The translations under genes and the position numbers were made by a program. From Pseudomonas aeruginosa PAO1 (GTDB lineage Bacteria; Pseudomonadota; Gammaproteobacteria; Pseudomonadales; Pseudomonadaceae): a stretch of 64,000 nucleotides of DNA. This document shows positions 1 to 10,240 of the stretch, piece after piece. Under the pieces are notes generated by a model. The model saw only the letters and a program-made list of their open reading frames with translations. It did not search any database and was not told the origin of the DNA. Numbering within the stretch: the first letter of the stretch is position 1; the number at the start of each line of letters is the position of its first letter. The stretch lies in NCBI RefSeq assembly GCF_000006765.1, contig NC_002516.2; one strand, 5' to 3'.

Positions 1-105
1 CAGATGGGAGGCCTCGAGGCCGGCCGCGGACAGCAATTTCTGGGCGTGCCGGGCGACTTCTTCGGCGGTGCCGTAGACCGAGCCGGAGAGAATGGCGACT
101 TTCAT
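1..105 (-). CDS. mioC: Flavodoxin, MioC-like (5' part only; runs off the window start)
   Basis: Minus-strand reading from ATG at 105 gives MKVAILSGSVYGTAEEVARHAQKLL; SGSVYGTAE is the flavodoxin FMN phosphate-binding loop. Confidence 0.85.
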   Translation of the reverse strand, partial: MKVAILSGSVYGTAEEVARHAQKLLSAAGLEASHL

Positions 106-219
106 GAACACTCCGTAAGCCAACAGGGGTAAGCCGGGCATTATGCCGCATGCGTTCGCCGAGCGGGACGCACCGAATCAATGCAGACAGGCTGCAAAAG
201 CACCATTTCGGTGCGCACC

Positions 220-237
220 CTGTCATCGGGATGTCAT
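220..237 (+). promoter_or_regulatory. Pho-box-like direct repeat (PhoB/OmpR-family site)
   Basis: CTGTCAT-CGGG-ATGTCAT, 11-bp period, 13/14 match to the CTGTCAT half-sites; TAGACA follows after a 10-bp gap (248-253). Confidence 0.5.
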
Positions 238-384
238 CGCGCTGCCGTAGACACGGCAGCGAACCTTCGCCACCACGGCGGGAACGATCCTTGCCTGTCC
301 TCCGACGCAGCCCACCACCCCCGGCGCTGCGCCGTTGTCCGAGGGCGCCCACGAAGCGCACTCAACCGTTCCAGGAGATACACG

Positions 385-942
385 ATGTCTACCGCTCCCG
401 TTACCCTGCTGGTGGCCCGCCGCGTCGCCGCCGGCCGTTACCGCGACTTCCTCGCCTGGCAGCGCGAAGGCGAAGCCCTCGCCGCCGACTTCCCCGGCTA
501 CCTCGGCTCCGGGGCGCTGGCGCCGCCCGCCGGCGGAGACGAATTCCAGATGATCTTTCGCTTCGCCGACGACGCCACCCTCGCCGCCTGGGCCCACTCC
601 GCCTCGCGCCAGGCCTGGCTCGAACGCGGCCAGGGACTCTTCGACGAACCGCGCGAGCACCGCGCCCACGGCCTCGCCGCCTGGTTCGACGACAACCGCA
701 AACCGCCGCGCTGGAAGCAGAGCGTGGCGATCTGGCTGGCGTTCTTCCCGGTCTCGCTGGCCTTCAACCTCGGCGCCGGCCCCTACCTCGGCGAGCTGTC
801 GCTGGCCGCGCGGGTGCTGCTCAGCACGCTGGTCCTCACCCCGTTGATGACCTACTGGTTCATCCCTCTCTCCAGCCGCCTGCTCGCCCCCTGGCTGCAC
901 CGCCGCCCGCAGCGCGCCGCCAGCCTGCCGGAAGCGCACTGA
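385..942 (+). CDS. Antibiotic-biosynthesis-monooxygenase-like domain plus C-terminal membrane helices (PA3436-like)
   Basis: AGGAG SD before ATG 385 (MSTAPVTLLV); FPGYLGS and W..S..RQAW ABM-type pattern, then hydrophobic segments. Confidence 0.75.
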   Translation: MSTAPVTLLVARRVAAGRYRDFLAWQREGEALAADFPGYLGSGALAPPAGGDEFQMIFRFADDATLAAWAHSASRQAWLERGQGLFDEPREHRAHGLAAWFDDNRKPPRWKQSVAIWLAFFPVSLAFNLGAGPYLGELSLAARVLLSTLVLTPLMTYWFIPLSSRLLAPWLHRRPQRAASLPEAH

Positions 943-1052
943 CGGCTTGCCGCCCACCCCGGCGGGGTGGGCCGTAGCGCAAGGCTTTGCCCGACTGGCT
1001 CAGTCGGGTACCCTGCATCAATCCGATTCCCTTCGCCTGCTGTGAGAGTCCC

Positions 1053-1757
1053 ATGGCGACAGCCCCGATCCTGATCACCGGCGCCAGCCAGCGTGTCGGC
1101 CTGCATTGCGCCCGCCGCCTGCTGGCCGACGGCGAGTCGGTGATCGTCAGCTACCGCAGCGAACGCCCGGCGCTGGACGAACTGCGCCAGGCCGGCGCGC
1201 TGACCCTGCACGCCGACTTCGCCAGCGAGGCCGGCATCTTCGCCTTCATCGGGGCCCTCCGACAGCATACCGACAGCCTGCGAGCGATCGTCCACAACGC
1301 CTCGGACTGGGTCGCCGAGACGCCCGGCCACGAAGCCGAGGCGTTCCAGCAACTGTTCAGCGTGCACATGCTCGCGCCCTACCTGATCAACCTGCACTGC
1401 GCCGAGCTGCTGGAACGCTCGCAGCCCGCCGACATCGTCCACCTCACCGACGACGTGGCGCGCAAGGGCAGCGCCCGGCGTATCGCCTACTGCGCGAGCA
1501 AGGCCGGGCTGGACAACCTGACCCTGTCGTTCGCCGCGCGCTTCGCGCCGAGGATCAAGGTCAACGCCATTTCACCGGCACTGGTGATGTTCAACGACGG
1601 GGACGATGCCGAATACCGCGCCCGCACCCTGGCGAAATCCGCCCTCGGCATCGAACCGGGGCCGGAAGTCATCTACCAGAGCCTTCGCTACCTGTTGGAC
1701 AACCCCTACGTCACCGGGACCACCCTGACCGTGAACGGCGGCCGCCACGTCAAGTGA
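1053..1757 (+). CDS. folM: Dihydromonapterin reductase (SDR family)
   Basis: ITGASQRVG Rossmann motif, HNAS, YCASK catalytic YxxxK; adjacent to folE and folX. Start set at [10 protein letters not shown]. Confidence 0.9.
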   Translation: MATAPILITGASQRVGLHCARRLLADGESVIVSYRSERPALDELRQAGALTLHADFASEAGIFAFIGALRQHTDSLRAIVHNASDWVAETPGHEAEAFQQLFSVHMLAPYLINLHCAELLERSQPADIVHLTDDVARKGSARRIAYCASKAGLDNLTLSFAARFAPRIKVNAISPALVMFNDGDDAEYRARTLAKSALGIEPGPEVIYQSLRYLLDNPYVTGTTLTVNGGRHVK

Positions 1758-1774
1758 GGCGCCAAGGACCCCTT

Positions 1775-2335
1775 ATGAACCCAGCACTTTCCCAGCATTA
1801 CCGGGAGATCCTCGTCGGTCTCGGCGAAGACCCGCAGCGCGAAGGCCTGCTCGACACCCCGAAGCGCGCGGCCAAGGCCATGCAGTACCTCTGCCACGGC
1901 TATGGCCAGACCCTGGAGGAAATCGTCAACGGCGCGCTGTTCGCCTCGGACAACGATGAAATGGTCATCGTCCGCGACATCGAGCTGTACTCCCTGTGCG
2001 AACACCACCTCCTGCCCTTCATCGGCAAGGCTCATGTGGCGTACATTCCCACCGGCAAGGTGCTCGGCCTGTCGAAAGTGGCGCGGATCGTCGACATGTT
2101 CGCCCGCCGCCTGCAGATCCAGGAGAACCTCACCCGGCAGATCGCCGAGGCGGTCCGCCAGGTGACCAGCGCCGCCGGCGTGGCGGTAGTGATCGAGGCC
2201 CAGCACATGTGCATGATGATGCGCGGGGTGGAGAAGCAGAACTCGCAGATGTTCACCTCGGTGATGCTCGGCGCGTTCCGCGACTCGAACACCACCCGCC
2301 AGGAATTTCTGCAATTGATCGGAAGGAGCAAGTGA
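1775..2335 (+). CDS. folE: GTP cyclohydrolase I
   Basis: [33 protein letters not shown] zinc-site motifs; AAGGA SD before ATG 1775. Confidence 0.95.
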   Translation: MNPALSQHYREILVGLGEDPQREGLLDTPKRAAKAMQYLCHGYGQTLEEIVNGALFASDNDEMVIVRDIELYSLCEHHLLPFIGKAHVAYIPTGKVLGLSKVARIVDMFARRLQIQENLTRQIAEAVRQVTSAAGVAVVIEAQHMCMMMRGVEKQNSQMFTSVMLGAFRDSNTTRQEFLQLIGRSK

Positions 2336-2336
2336 C

Positions 2337-2708
2337 ATGCCGCGACTGGAACCGGGAATGGCGCGAATCCGCGTCAAGGACCTGCGCCTGCGCACCTTCA
2401 TCGGGATCAAGGAGGAGGAAATCCTCAACAAGCAGGACGTGCTGATCAACCTGACCATCCTCTACCCGGCCGCGGATGCCGTGGAGGTCAACGACATCGA
2501 GCACGCGCTGAACTACCGCACCATCACCAAGGCGATCATCCGCCACGTCGAGGAGAACCGCTTCGCCCTGCTCGAACGGATGACCCAGGAAATCCTCGAC
2601 CTGGTGATGGAGAACCCGGCGGTGCGCTACGCCGAGGTGGAAGTGGACAAGCCGCACGCGCTGCGCTTCGCCGAGTCGGTCTCGATCACCCTCGCCGGCC
2701 ACCGCTGA
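2337..2708 (+). CDS. folX: Dihydroneopterin triphosphate 2'-epimerase
   Basis: [15 protein letters not shown]...[11 protein letters not shown]...[13 protein letters not shown] tunnel-fold signature; 1-bp gap after folE. Confidence 0.92.
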   Translation: MPRLEPGMARIRVKDLRLRTFIGIKEEEILNKQDVLINLTILYPAADAVEVNDIEHALNYRTITKAIIRHVEENRFALLERMTQEILDLVMENPAVRYAEVEVDKPHALRFAESVSITLAGHR

Positions 2709-2748
2709 GGCGGCCGACGAGCGAACCGCGCGAAGACGCGCACAAGCG

Positions 2749-2778
2749 TTGCCCGCCGGCCGCGCCAACTCTTATCAT
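2749..2778 (+). promoter_or_regulatory. Possible sigma70 promoter for the DUF1244 gene
   Basis: TTGCCC-N18-TATCAT, 59 bp upstream of ATG 2837. Confidence 0.35.
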
Positions 2779-2836
2779 CGCCGGACCTGGCCCTGTGCCT
2801 TCACCCTGCCCCGAGCCATCGTCGAGAAACACCGCC

Positions 2837-3148
2837 ATGACCGCAGCCAACCTCACCGAACAGCAACGCCTGGAACTCGAAGCCGCCGCCTTCCGCACCC
2901 TGGTCCATCATTTGCAGACCCGCAAGGACGTGCAGAACATCGACCTGATGAACCTCGCCGGTTTCTGCCGCAACTGCCTGTCCAAGTGGTACAAGGCCGC
3001 CGCCGACGACCTCGGGGTGGAAGTCAGCAATGACCAGGCCCGCGAAGAGATCTACGGCATGCCCTATGCCGAGTGGAAAGCCAAGTACCAGAAAGAAGCG
3101 AGCCCGGAACAACAGGCCGCCTTCGCCAAGAGCCAGGGCAACGCCTGA
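2837..3148 (+). CDS. DUF1244-family small protein
   Basis: VQNIDLMNLAGFCRNCLSKWY and IYGMPYAEWK are the conserved DUF1244 pattern. Confidence 0.85.
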   Translation: MTAANLTEQQRLELEAAAFRTLVHHLQTRKDVQNIDLMNLAGFCRNCLSKWYKAAADDLGVEVSNDQAREEIYGMPYAEWKAKYQKEASPEQQAAFAKSQGNA

Positions 3149-3199
3149 GGCCACCGGGCCCCTTGCCAACCCTGCCCCAGACACCATGAGCCTGTTTCG

Positions 3200-3538
3200 A
3201 TGACCCTGACCGACTTCCGCGCGCGTCTGCGCAGCGAACACCACCTGTTCACCGACACCCTGGCGTTCATCGCCGAGCACTACAGCTACACGCCGAGCGC
3301 CTTCGACAACGGCAGCGTGAGCAACCCGGCCGGGCAGAACGAAGGTTCCTGCAAGACCCTGGGCTTCGCCATCCTCGAGGGCCTCAGCCTCGAGGAAACC
3401 CTGCTGGCCTTCGGCGAGCACTACCGTGCGGTGCGCGACAACCCGGAAGGCGACGACCACGCCAACATCCGCGCCCTGCAACAGACCGGCCTGGCCGGCG
3501 TGCATTTCGAGCGCCAGCCCCTGTCGCGCCGGGGCTGA
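3200..3538 (+). CDS. HopJ-family protein of unknown function
   Basis: YTPSAFDNG...NPAGQNEGSCK...FGEHYR...GDDHANIR matches the HopJ family pattern; typical GC3-rich codon use. Confidence 0.8.
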   Translation: MTLTDFRARLRSEHHLFTDTLAFIAEHYSYTPSAFDNGSVSNPAGQNEGSCKTLGFAILEGLSLEETLLAFGEHYRAVRDNPEGDDHANIRALQQTGLAGVHFERQPLSRRG

Positions 3539-3558
3539 GAAGTCCCGGTCGCCCCCAC

Positions 3559-3590
3559 GGCGGATAACCGCGAGCGGTTATTCGCCCTAC
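3559..3590 (-). repeat. GTAG-family REP element
   Basis: Reverse complement of GTAGGGCGAATAACCGCTCGCGGTTATCCGCC, the same REP as in the 115-bp array. Confidence 0.85.
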
Positions 3591-3652
3591 CGACCGCTCC
3601 ATAGCGACCCACGACAGCCGTCGCCACCGGCCGGCCTTGCCGATACGCGACG

Positions 3653-3684
3653 AAAAAAGGCGGGGCCCCATCGGGGTCCCCGCC
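3653..3684 (-). terminator. Intrinsic terminator of the ssu operon
   Basis: GGCGGGG...CCCCGCC stem followed by T6 on the minus strand, downstream of ssuF. Confidence 0.7.
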
Positions 3685-3717
3685 CTTCTCGGCGCCGCAA
3701 GCGCGGCGCAGCCAGCG

Positions 3718-3933
3718 TCACAGCTTGGCGATGGAGACCTCGGTGGACTTGACGAAGGCGATCACTTCGCTACCGATGGCCAGCTCCAGTTCCTTCACCG
3801 AACGCGTGGTGATCACCGAAGTGACGATCCCGGCAGCGGTCTGCACGTCGATCTCGGAGAGCACCGGCCCTTCGATGATTTCCTTCACGGTGCCCTTGAA
3901 CTGGTTACGAACGTTGATGGCTTTGATGGTCAT
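3718..3933 (-). CDS. ssuF: TOBE/molybdopterin-binding-like protein SsuF
   Basis: MTIKAINVRNQFKGTV...AFVKSTEV TOBE domain; last gene of the operon. Confidence 0.9.
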   Translation of the reverse strand: MTIKAINVRNQFKGTVKEIIEGPVLSEIDVQTAAGIVTSVITTRSVKELELAIGSEVIAFVKSTEVSIAKL

Positions 3934-3973
3934 GGCGTTTCTCCTGGGGGGATTCGGAACGAGGCATGGTTGG

Positions 3974-4798
3974 TTAGAGCGCCCAGCGCAGTTGCGTGGG
4001 CAGGGGTGAAACGGGCTCGGGTTGCGGCGGCAGCTCCGGCTGCGCCAGCACCCGGTTGAGCACTTCGGCTTCCAGCGCGGCCAGTCGCGCCGAGCCACGC
4101 GAGCGCGGCCGGGGCAGTTCCACCGGCAGGTCGAGGCCGATCTCGCCGTCCTCGATGAGGATCACCCGGTCGGCCACCGCCACCGCCTCGCTGACGTCGT
4201 GGGTGACCAGCAGGACGGTGAAACCGTGTTCGCGCCAGAGTCCTTCGATCAGTTGCTGCATCTCGATCCGGGTCAGCGCATCGAGCGCGCCGAGCGGCTC
4301 GTCGAGCAACAGCAGGCGCGGCTCGTGGATCAGCGCGCGAGCCAGCGCGACGCGCTGCTTCTGCCCGCCGGACAGGGCCGCCGGCCACTCGTTGGCACGC
4401 TCGGCCAGGCCGACCGCCCGCAGCGCCTGCAGGGCCTTCGCCCGCCAGTCGCCGCGCAGGCCAAGGCCGACGTTGTCGATCACCCGCTTCCACGGCAGCA
4501 GGCGCGAGTCCTGGAACATCAGCCGGGTGTCCTCGCGGGCCTCGGCCAGCGCCGCCGAGCCGGCCAGCAACTCGCCGCGGCTGGGCTGGTCGAGGCCGGC
4601 CAGCAGGCGCAGCAAGGTGCTCTTGCCGCAGCCGCTGCGGCCAACGATAGCGACGAACTGCCCGGCCGGAACCAGCAGGTCGATGTCCTTGAGCACCTCG
4701 CGCTCGCCGAAGCGCCGCGCCACTCCGCGCAGGGCCAGCGGGATACCGCGCTTGAGGCGCTGCGGAGTGCCGCCAAGGGCGGCGTTGTGGGCATTCAT
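3974..4798 (-). CDS. ssuB: Aliphatic sulfonate ABC transporter ATPase
   Basis: GRSGCGKS Walker A, LSGGQ signature, LLLLDE Walker B; start MNAHNAAL overlaps the ssuC stop. Confidence 0.93.
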
Positions 4799-5583
4799 GC
4801 GCCACCTCCCTTGACCTGGTAGGCCGGGTGCCAGCGTAGCCAGACGCGTTCCAGGCCGCGGGCGGCGAGGTCGGCGAGCTTGCCAAGGACGGCATAGAGC
4901 AGGATCGCCAGGACCACCACGTCGGTCTGCAGGAACTCGCGGGCGTTCATCGCCAGGTAACCGATGCCGGAGCTGGCGGAAATGGTCTCGGCGACGATCA
5001 GGGTCAACCACATGAAGCCAAGGGCGAAGCGCACCCCGACCAGGATCGACGGCAGCGCGCCGGGCAGGATCACCTGGCGGAACAGGGCGAAGCCGGACAA
5101 CCCGTAGCTGCGCGCCATCTCCAGCAGGCCGGGGTCGATGCCGCGGATGCCGTGGTAGGTGTTCAGGTAGATCGGGAACAGCGTGCCGAGGGCGACCAGG
5201 AAGATCTTCGCCGACTCGTCGATGCCGAACCACAGGATCACCAGCGGGATCAGCGCCAGGTGCGGCACGTTGCGGATCATCTGCACCGAACTGTCGAGGA
5301 AGCGTTCGCCCCACTTCGACAGGCCGGTGACGAAGCCCAGCACCAGGCCGATGGCGCCGCCGATGAGAAAGCCGATCGCCGCGCGCCAGCCGCTGATCGC
5401 CAGGTGCTGCCAGATCTCGCCGCTGCGCAGCAGCGCCCAGCCGGCCTCGAGTACGGCGCTGGGCGCGGGGAGGATGCGGCTGGACAGCCAGCCGAACTCA
5501 ACCGCCGCCTGCCACACCGCCAGCAGGACCAGCGGCAGCGCCCAGGGCGCCAGGCGCTCGGCCAGTCGTTTGGAAATGCTCAT
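4795..5583 (-). CDS. ssuC: Aliphatic sulfonate ABC permease
   Basis: Hydrophobic; [12 protein letters not shown]-type loop; [10 protein letters not shown] motif typical of SsuC. Confidence 0.93.
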
Positions 5584-5603
5584 GTCGTTCGCTCCGACCG
5601 CTC

Positions 5604-6752
5604 TCAACTCTGCGCGGCCTGCCGGGGCAGGATGTCGTTGGCCACCATCTCGCCGAACGGGCTGACATAGCCGCGTCCCTCGGGCTGCGCCGGGCGCTGC
5701 ACGTCGAGGTGCGGGAACAGCAGTTCGGCGACCCGGTAGGACTCTTCCAGGTGCGGATAGCCGGAGAAGATGAAGGTATCGATGCCCAGCTCGGCGTACT
5801 CCCTGACCCGCGCCGCCACCGTCGGCCCGTCGCCGACCAGCGCGGTGCCGGCGCCGCCGCGCACCAGGCCGACGCCGGCCCAGAGATTGGGGCTGACTTC
5901 CAGGTTGTCGCGCGAACCGCCGTGCAGCGCGGCCATGCGTTGCTGGCCGACCGAGTCGAAGCGCGCCAGGGAGGCCTGGGCGCGGGCGATGGTGTCGTCG
6001 TCGAGGTGCGCGATCAGGCGATCGGCGGCCTGCCAGGCTTCCTCGCTGGTCTCGCGGACGATCACGTGCAGGCGGATCCCGAAGCGCACCTGGCGGCCCT
6101 GGCGGGCAGCCTTCTCGCGTACCTGGGCGATCTTCTCGGCAACCGCCGCCGGCGGCTCGCCCCAGGTCAGGTACAGCTCGACCTGCTCGGCGGCGAGGTC
6201 CTGGGCGGCCTCCGAGGAGCCGCCGAAGTACAGCGGCGGACGCGGCTGCTGCAACGGCGGATAGAGCAGTTTGGCGCCCTTCACCTGGATGTGCTTGCCG
6301 GCGTAGTCGACGGTCTCGCCCTCCAGCACGCGACGCCAGATGCGGGTGAATTCGACCGACGCCTCGTAGCGTTCGGCGTGGCTCAGGTGCAGGCCGTCGC
6401 CAGCCAGTTCGTCGGGATCGCCGCCGGTGACCAGGTTGAACAGCGCGCGGCCGTTGGACAGCCGGTCCAGGGTCGCCGCCTGGCGCGCGGCGACGGTCGG
6501 CGAAATGATCCCGGGACGCAGCGCGACGAGGAACTTCAGGCGCTGGGTTACCGGGATCAGCGAGGCGGCGACCAGCCAGGAGTCCTCGCAGGAACGTCCG
6601 GTGGGGATCAGTACGCCGCCGAAGCCCAGACGGTCGGCGGCCTGGGCGATCTGCTGCAGGTAGCCGTGGTCGACGGCACGGGCGCCCTGGGTGGTGCCCA
6701 GGTAGTGGCCGTCGCCGTGGGTGGGAAGGAACCAGAAAATCTCGAGGCTCAT
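5604..6752 (-). CDS. ssuD: FMNH2-dependent alkanesulfonate monooxygenase
   Basis: [56 protein letters not shown]. Confidence 0.95.
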   Translation of the reverse strand: MSLEIFWFLPTHGDGHYLGTTQGARAVDHGYLQQIAQAADRLGFGGVLIPTGRSCEDSWLVAASLIPVTQRLKFLVALRPGIISPTVAARQAATLDRLSNGRALFNLVTGGDPDELAGDGLHLSHAERYEASVEFTRIWRRVLEGETVDYAGKHIQVKGAKLLYPPLQQPRPPLYFGGSSEAAQDLAAEQVELYLTWGEPPAAVAEKIAQVREKAARQGRQVRFGIRLHVIVRETSEEAWQAADRLIAHLDDDTIARAQASLARFDSVGQQRMAALHGGSRDNLEVSPNLWAGVGLVRGGAGTALVGDGPTVAARVREYAELGIDTFIFSGYPHLEESYRVAELLFPHLDVQRPAQPEGRGYVSPFGEMVANDILPRQAAQS

Positions 6753-6829
6753 CGCAATTGACTCCAGGGTGAGCGCGCCGGCGTGGCGTAGCCGCGCGAT
6801 GATCGTGTCGGTATGTGGGCGGTACGGGC

Positions 6830-7801
6830 TCAGGGTGCGCTGGCGACCTTGCCGGCCGGTGGCGTCCAGATCACGTCCTTGATGCTCAGCGGTTTGGGAA
6901 TCAGCTTCAGCTGGGTGAAGGTGTCGGCGATCTTCTGCTGCGCCTCGACCACCGCCGGGGTGATCAACTGCGCGCCGTAGCCCTGGCGCTTCACCGCGGT
7001 AAGGGTGATGTCGGCGGGCAGCCCGAGCAGCGGCGCGACCTGCTCGGTCACCTGCTGCGGGTTGGCCCGCGACCAGTCACCGACCTCGCGGATCTCGTCC
7101 ACCAGCTTGTCGAGCACCTGCGGATGCCGTTGCGCGTAAGTCCGGGTGGCGAGGTAGAACTGGTGGTTGTCGACCAGCTCGCGACCATCCACCAGGACCC
7201 GCGCGGACAACTGCTTCTCGGCGGCGGCCTGGTAGGGGTCCCAGATCACCCAGGCGTCGACGCTGTGACGCTCGAAGGCGGCGCGGGCGTCGGCCGGCGG
7301 CAGGTAGACGGGTTGGATGTCGCTGTACTTCAGGCCGGCCTGCTCGAGGGCGCGGACCAACAGGTAATGCACGTTGGAGCCCTTGTTCAGGGCGACTTTC
7401 CTGCCCTTCAGCTCGGCCACCGACCGAATCGGCGAGTCCTTCGGCAGGAGGATCGCCTCGCTGGTCGGCGCCGGCGGTTCGTAGGCCACGTAGAGCAGGT
7501 CGGCGCCGGCGGCCTGGGCGAAGACCGGCGGGGTTTCCCCGGTCACGCCGAAGTCGATGCTGCCGACATTGAGTCCCTCGAGCAGTTGCGGGCCACCGGG
7601 AAACTCGGTCCATTGCACCTTCACGCCGTCTTCGGCGAGACGTTTCTCCAGGGTGCCGCGGGCCTTGAGCAGGACCAGGGTGCCGTATTTCTGGTAGCCG
7701 ATCCGCAGGGTGTTGGCCGACTTCTCGTCGGCCTGAACGCCGTAGGACAGGGCCGCCACCAGCAGGGCCGCCAGTCCACGACGCAAAGCGATGGTGCGCA
7801 T
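6830..7801 (-). CDS. ssuA: Sulfonate ABC periplasmic binding protein
   Basis: Signal peptide, [33 protein letters not shown]. Confidence 0.93.
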   Translation of the reverse strand: MRTIALRRGLAALLVAALSYGVQADEKSANTLRIGYQKYGTLVLLKARGTLEKRLAEDGVKVQWTEFPGGPQLLEGLNVGSIDFGVTGETPPVFAQAAGADLLYVAYEPPAPTSEAILLPKDSPIRSVAELKGRKVALNKGSNVHYLLVRALEQAGLKYSDIQPVYLPPADARAAFERHSVDAWVIWDPYQAAAEKQLSARVLVDGRELVDNHQFYLATRTYAQRHPQVLDKLVDEIREVGDWSRANPQQVTEQVAPLLGLPADITLTAVKRQGYGAQLITPAVVEAQQKIADTFTQLKLIPKPLSIKDVIWTPPAGKVASAP

Positions 7802-7919
7802 GGCGCTCTCCTTTGTCGTTGTGGGTGCCGAACCTGCCGCGCCGTTGACGGAACAGTGAGGTCGTCGTGTGTGCGTTGTGCAATCGGGCCGCGGCGCGCG
7901 TGCGCTGGCGGCGGACGGA

Positions 7920-8513
7920 TCAGATGCTCCAGCGGGCGTTCACCAGGCGCTCGTTGAGCAACTGCGGGTCGATCGGCTGCGGCCGTCGCGAGAGGGCCAG
8001 GTGGAAGGTTTCCAGGGCGTTTTCCAGGCGCTGCTCGAGGACCGGTTCCAGGCGCGCCGGGTCGCTCTCGGTGGCGTAGGCGATCTGCTTGTCCACGGCG
8101 AATACGCCATGCAGTACCTCCTGGGCCTTGAGCGCGGCCAGGACCGGCTTCAATGCATAGTCCACGGCCAGCATGTGCGCGCTGCTGCCACCGGTAGCGA
8201 ACGGCAGCACCACCTTGTGCTCCAGGGCGCGCTCGGGCAACAGGTCGAGCAGGACCTTCAGCGCGCCGGAAAACGAGGCCTTGTACACCGGGGTGGCGAC
8301 CAGCAGGCCGTCGGCGCGGCCGATCTGCTCGGCCAGCGCCAGTACCGGCGGACTGTCGAGGCGGGCACGCAGCAGGTCCTCGGCGGGAAAATCCAGCACC
8401 TGGTGGCTGGCCACCTCGACGCCGCGACGGCTCAGCCAGTCCCTGGCACGCTCCAGCAACACCCCGGAGCGGGAGCGTACGCTGGGACTTCCGGCGATGG
8501 AAACGACGAGCAT
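7920..8513 (-). CDS. ssuE: NAD(P)H-dependent FMN reductase
   Basis: [12 protein letters not shown] loop, [24 protein letters not shown]. Confidence 0.93.
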   Translation of the reverse strand: MLVVSIAGSPSVRSRSGVLLERARDWLSRRGVEVASHQVLDFPAEDLLRARLDSPPVLALAEQIGRADGLLVATPVYKASFSGALKVLLDLLPERALEHKVVLPFATGGSSAHMLAVDYALKPVLAALKAQEVLHGVFAVDKQIAYATESDPARLEPVLEQRLENALETFHLALSRRPQPIDPQLLNERLVNARWSI

Positions 8514-8666
8514 GGGGGGATTCCTTATAACCGGAAAACAGAATATTCGTTTGGCTTGCTAACCAAGTTGCATAGACCTTAACAGGCGGCCTCATATTCC
8601 AATAAATGTTTTTTATTCATTTATTTATTCCATAAAGAATATAAGAACCCGGTTCGGGGTCTTGCC
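8514..8666 (-). promoter_or_regulatory. AT-rich sulfur-limitation promoter region of ssuEADCBF (probably CysB-type)
   Basis: Strongly AT-rich 150 bp in a high-GC genome, with two TATTC-N9/11-TATAAG copies in opposite orientation. Confidence 0.6.
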
Positions 8667-9416
8667 TCAGAGCACGTGCGCCCGCTGCATTTCGGTCAGG
8701 GCCTCGCCGCGCAAGTAGGCCAGCTCCACCGCCCGGCGATCGCGGGGACGCGCCAGCGGTACGTGGAACTCGCGGCGGATGTGTCCGGGACGGCCGCCCA
8801 TCAGCAGCACGCGGTCGGCGAGATAGAACGCCTCGTCGAGATCGTGGGTGACCAGCAGGACGCTGATCTCGTAGTTCTGCACCACGTCCTGCAGCAGGTC
8901 CTGGAGGCGCATGCGGGTGAAGGCGTCGACCGCGCTGAACGGCTCGTCGAGCAACAGCACCTGCGGCCGTCCGTAGAGACCGCGGGCGATCGCCGCGCGC
9001 TGCGCCATGCCGCCGGACAGTTGCTTGGGCAGCAATCCTCCGCAGCCGGCCAGTCCGACATCGGCGAGCAGGCGCTCGACCCAGTGCTCGTCCTCCAGCC
9101 AGCCGTCGGCGAAACCGACGTTCTGCGCCACCGTCAGCCAGGGCAACAGGCGCGGCTCCTGGAACACCACGCCGATTCCACCGCTACGGCCGTTCTCGCC
9201 GTCCGGGCCGAAGCCGAGGATCGGGTTGCGTTCGACAGTGCCCTGGAAGTCATCGTCCAGTCCGGCGGCGATCCGCAGCAGGGTGCTCTTGCCACAACCA
9301 CTGGGGCCGAGCAGGCTGACCACCTCGCCGGGCGCCAGCGACAGCGCCACGCCCTCCAGCACCCGCGTATCGCCATAGGCCTTGCGAATCTCCAGCAGGT
9401 CGAGCAGGCCGCTCAT
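8667..9416 (-). CDS. ABC transporter ATPase, sulfonate/nitrate/taurine family
   Basis: GPSGCGKS, VFQEPRLLPW, LSGGMAQR, LLLDEPF. Confidence 0.9.
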   Translation of the reverse strand: MSGLLDLLEIRKAYGDTRVLEGVALSLAPGEVVSLLGPSGCGKSTLLRIAAGLDDDFQGTVERNPILGFGPDGENGRSGGIGVVFQEPRLLPWLTVAQNVGFADGWLEDEHWVERLLADVGLAGCGGLLPKQLSGGMAQRAAIARGLYGRPQVLLLDEPFSAVDAFTRMRLQDLLQDVVQNYEISVLLVTHDLDEAFYLADRVLLMGGRPGHIRREFHVPLARPRDRRAVELAYLRGEALTEMQRAHVL

Positions 9417-10237
9417 GCGCCGCCCTCCCCGTCGAAGCTGTCGCGCCAGCGCAGGGCCCGGCGCTCCAGCGAGCGGAGCAGGCCATCGCTGAGCTTGCCG
9501 AGGGCCGCCAGGACCAGGATCGCGGCGATCACCAGGTCCGGACGCGAGGTTTCCCGACCGTCACTGAGCAGGTAGCCGAGGCCCTGGGTGGCGGCGATCA
9601 GCTCCGCCGCGACGAGGAACATCCAGCTCAGGCTGAGCGCCCCGCGCAGGCCGGTGAACAGGTTCGGCAGCGCCGCCGGAAGGAGGATGCGGCGGACCAG
9701 GGCGAAGCGCGACAAACGGTAGAGCCGCCCCAGTTCCACCCACTTGCGATCGACCCCGCGTACCCCGGCGACCAGCGCGAGGTAGACCGGGAAGAAGGCG
9801 CCGAGGGCGATGAGGACGATCTTCGGCGTCTCGTCGATGCCGAACCAAAGCAGCAGCAGGGGCACCCAGGCCAGGCTGGGGATCGCCCGCAGGGCCTGGA
9901 AGCTCGGCTCCAGGTAGGCTTCGGCGCGACGACTGAGACCGACCCAGGTACCGACCACCAGGGCCAGGCCGCTGCCGATCGCGAAGCCGGCGGCGACCCG
10001 CGCCAGGCTCGCGCCGACATGCCCCCACAGCTCGCCGCGAGCCAGTTCCACCAGGGTCAGCAGGATGCCGCTCGGCGCCGGCATCTGGTAGGCCGGCAGC
10101 CAGCCCAGGCGCACCAGCGCCTCCCACGACGATAGTGCCAGCAGCGGCAAGGCCCAGGCCCGCCAGGCGCCCGGCACGCGCAGTCGCCACGCCCGGCGCG
10201 AGACTCGCCGGGCCAGTCGCAGGCTCTGGCTGACCAT
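9413..10237 (-). CDS. ABC permease, sulfonate/nitrate/taurine family
   Basis: SsuC-like (AIPSLAWVPLLLLWFGIDE; AELIAATQGLGY); 4-bp overlap with the ATPase. Confidence 0.9.
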   Translation of the reverse strand: MVSQSLRLARRVSRRAWRLRVPGAWRAWALPLLALSSWEALVRLGWLPAYQMPAPSGILLTLVELARGELWGHVGASLARVAAGFAIGSGLALVVGTWVGLSRRAEAYLEPSFQALRAIPSLAWVPLLLLWFGIDETPKIVLIALGAFFPVYLALVAGVRGVDRKWVELGRLYRLSRFALVRRILLPAALPNLFTGLRGALSLSWMFLVAAELIAATQGLGYLLSDGRETSRPDLVIAAILVLAALGKLSDGLLRSLERRALRWRDSFDGEGGA

Positions 10238-10240
10238 GGC

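Noticed and set aside
3200-3538. A new type III effector
   Set aside because: Family name only; no chaperone, ExsA box or disordered N-terminal secretion region is visible.
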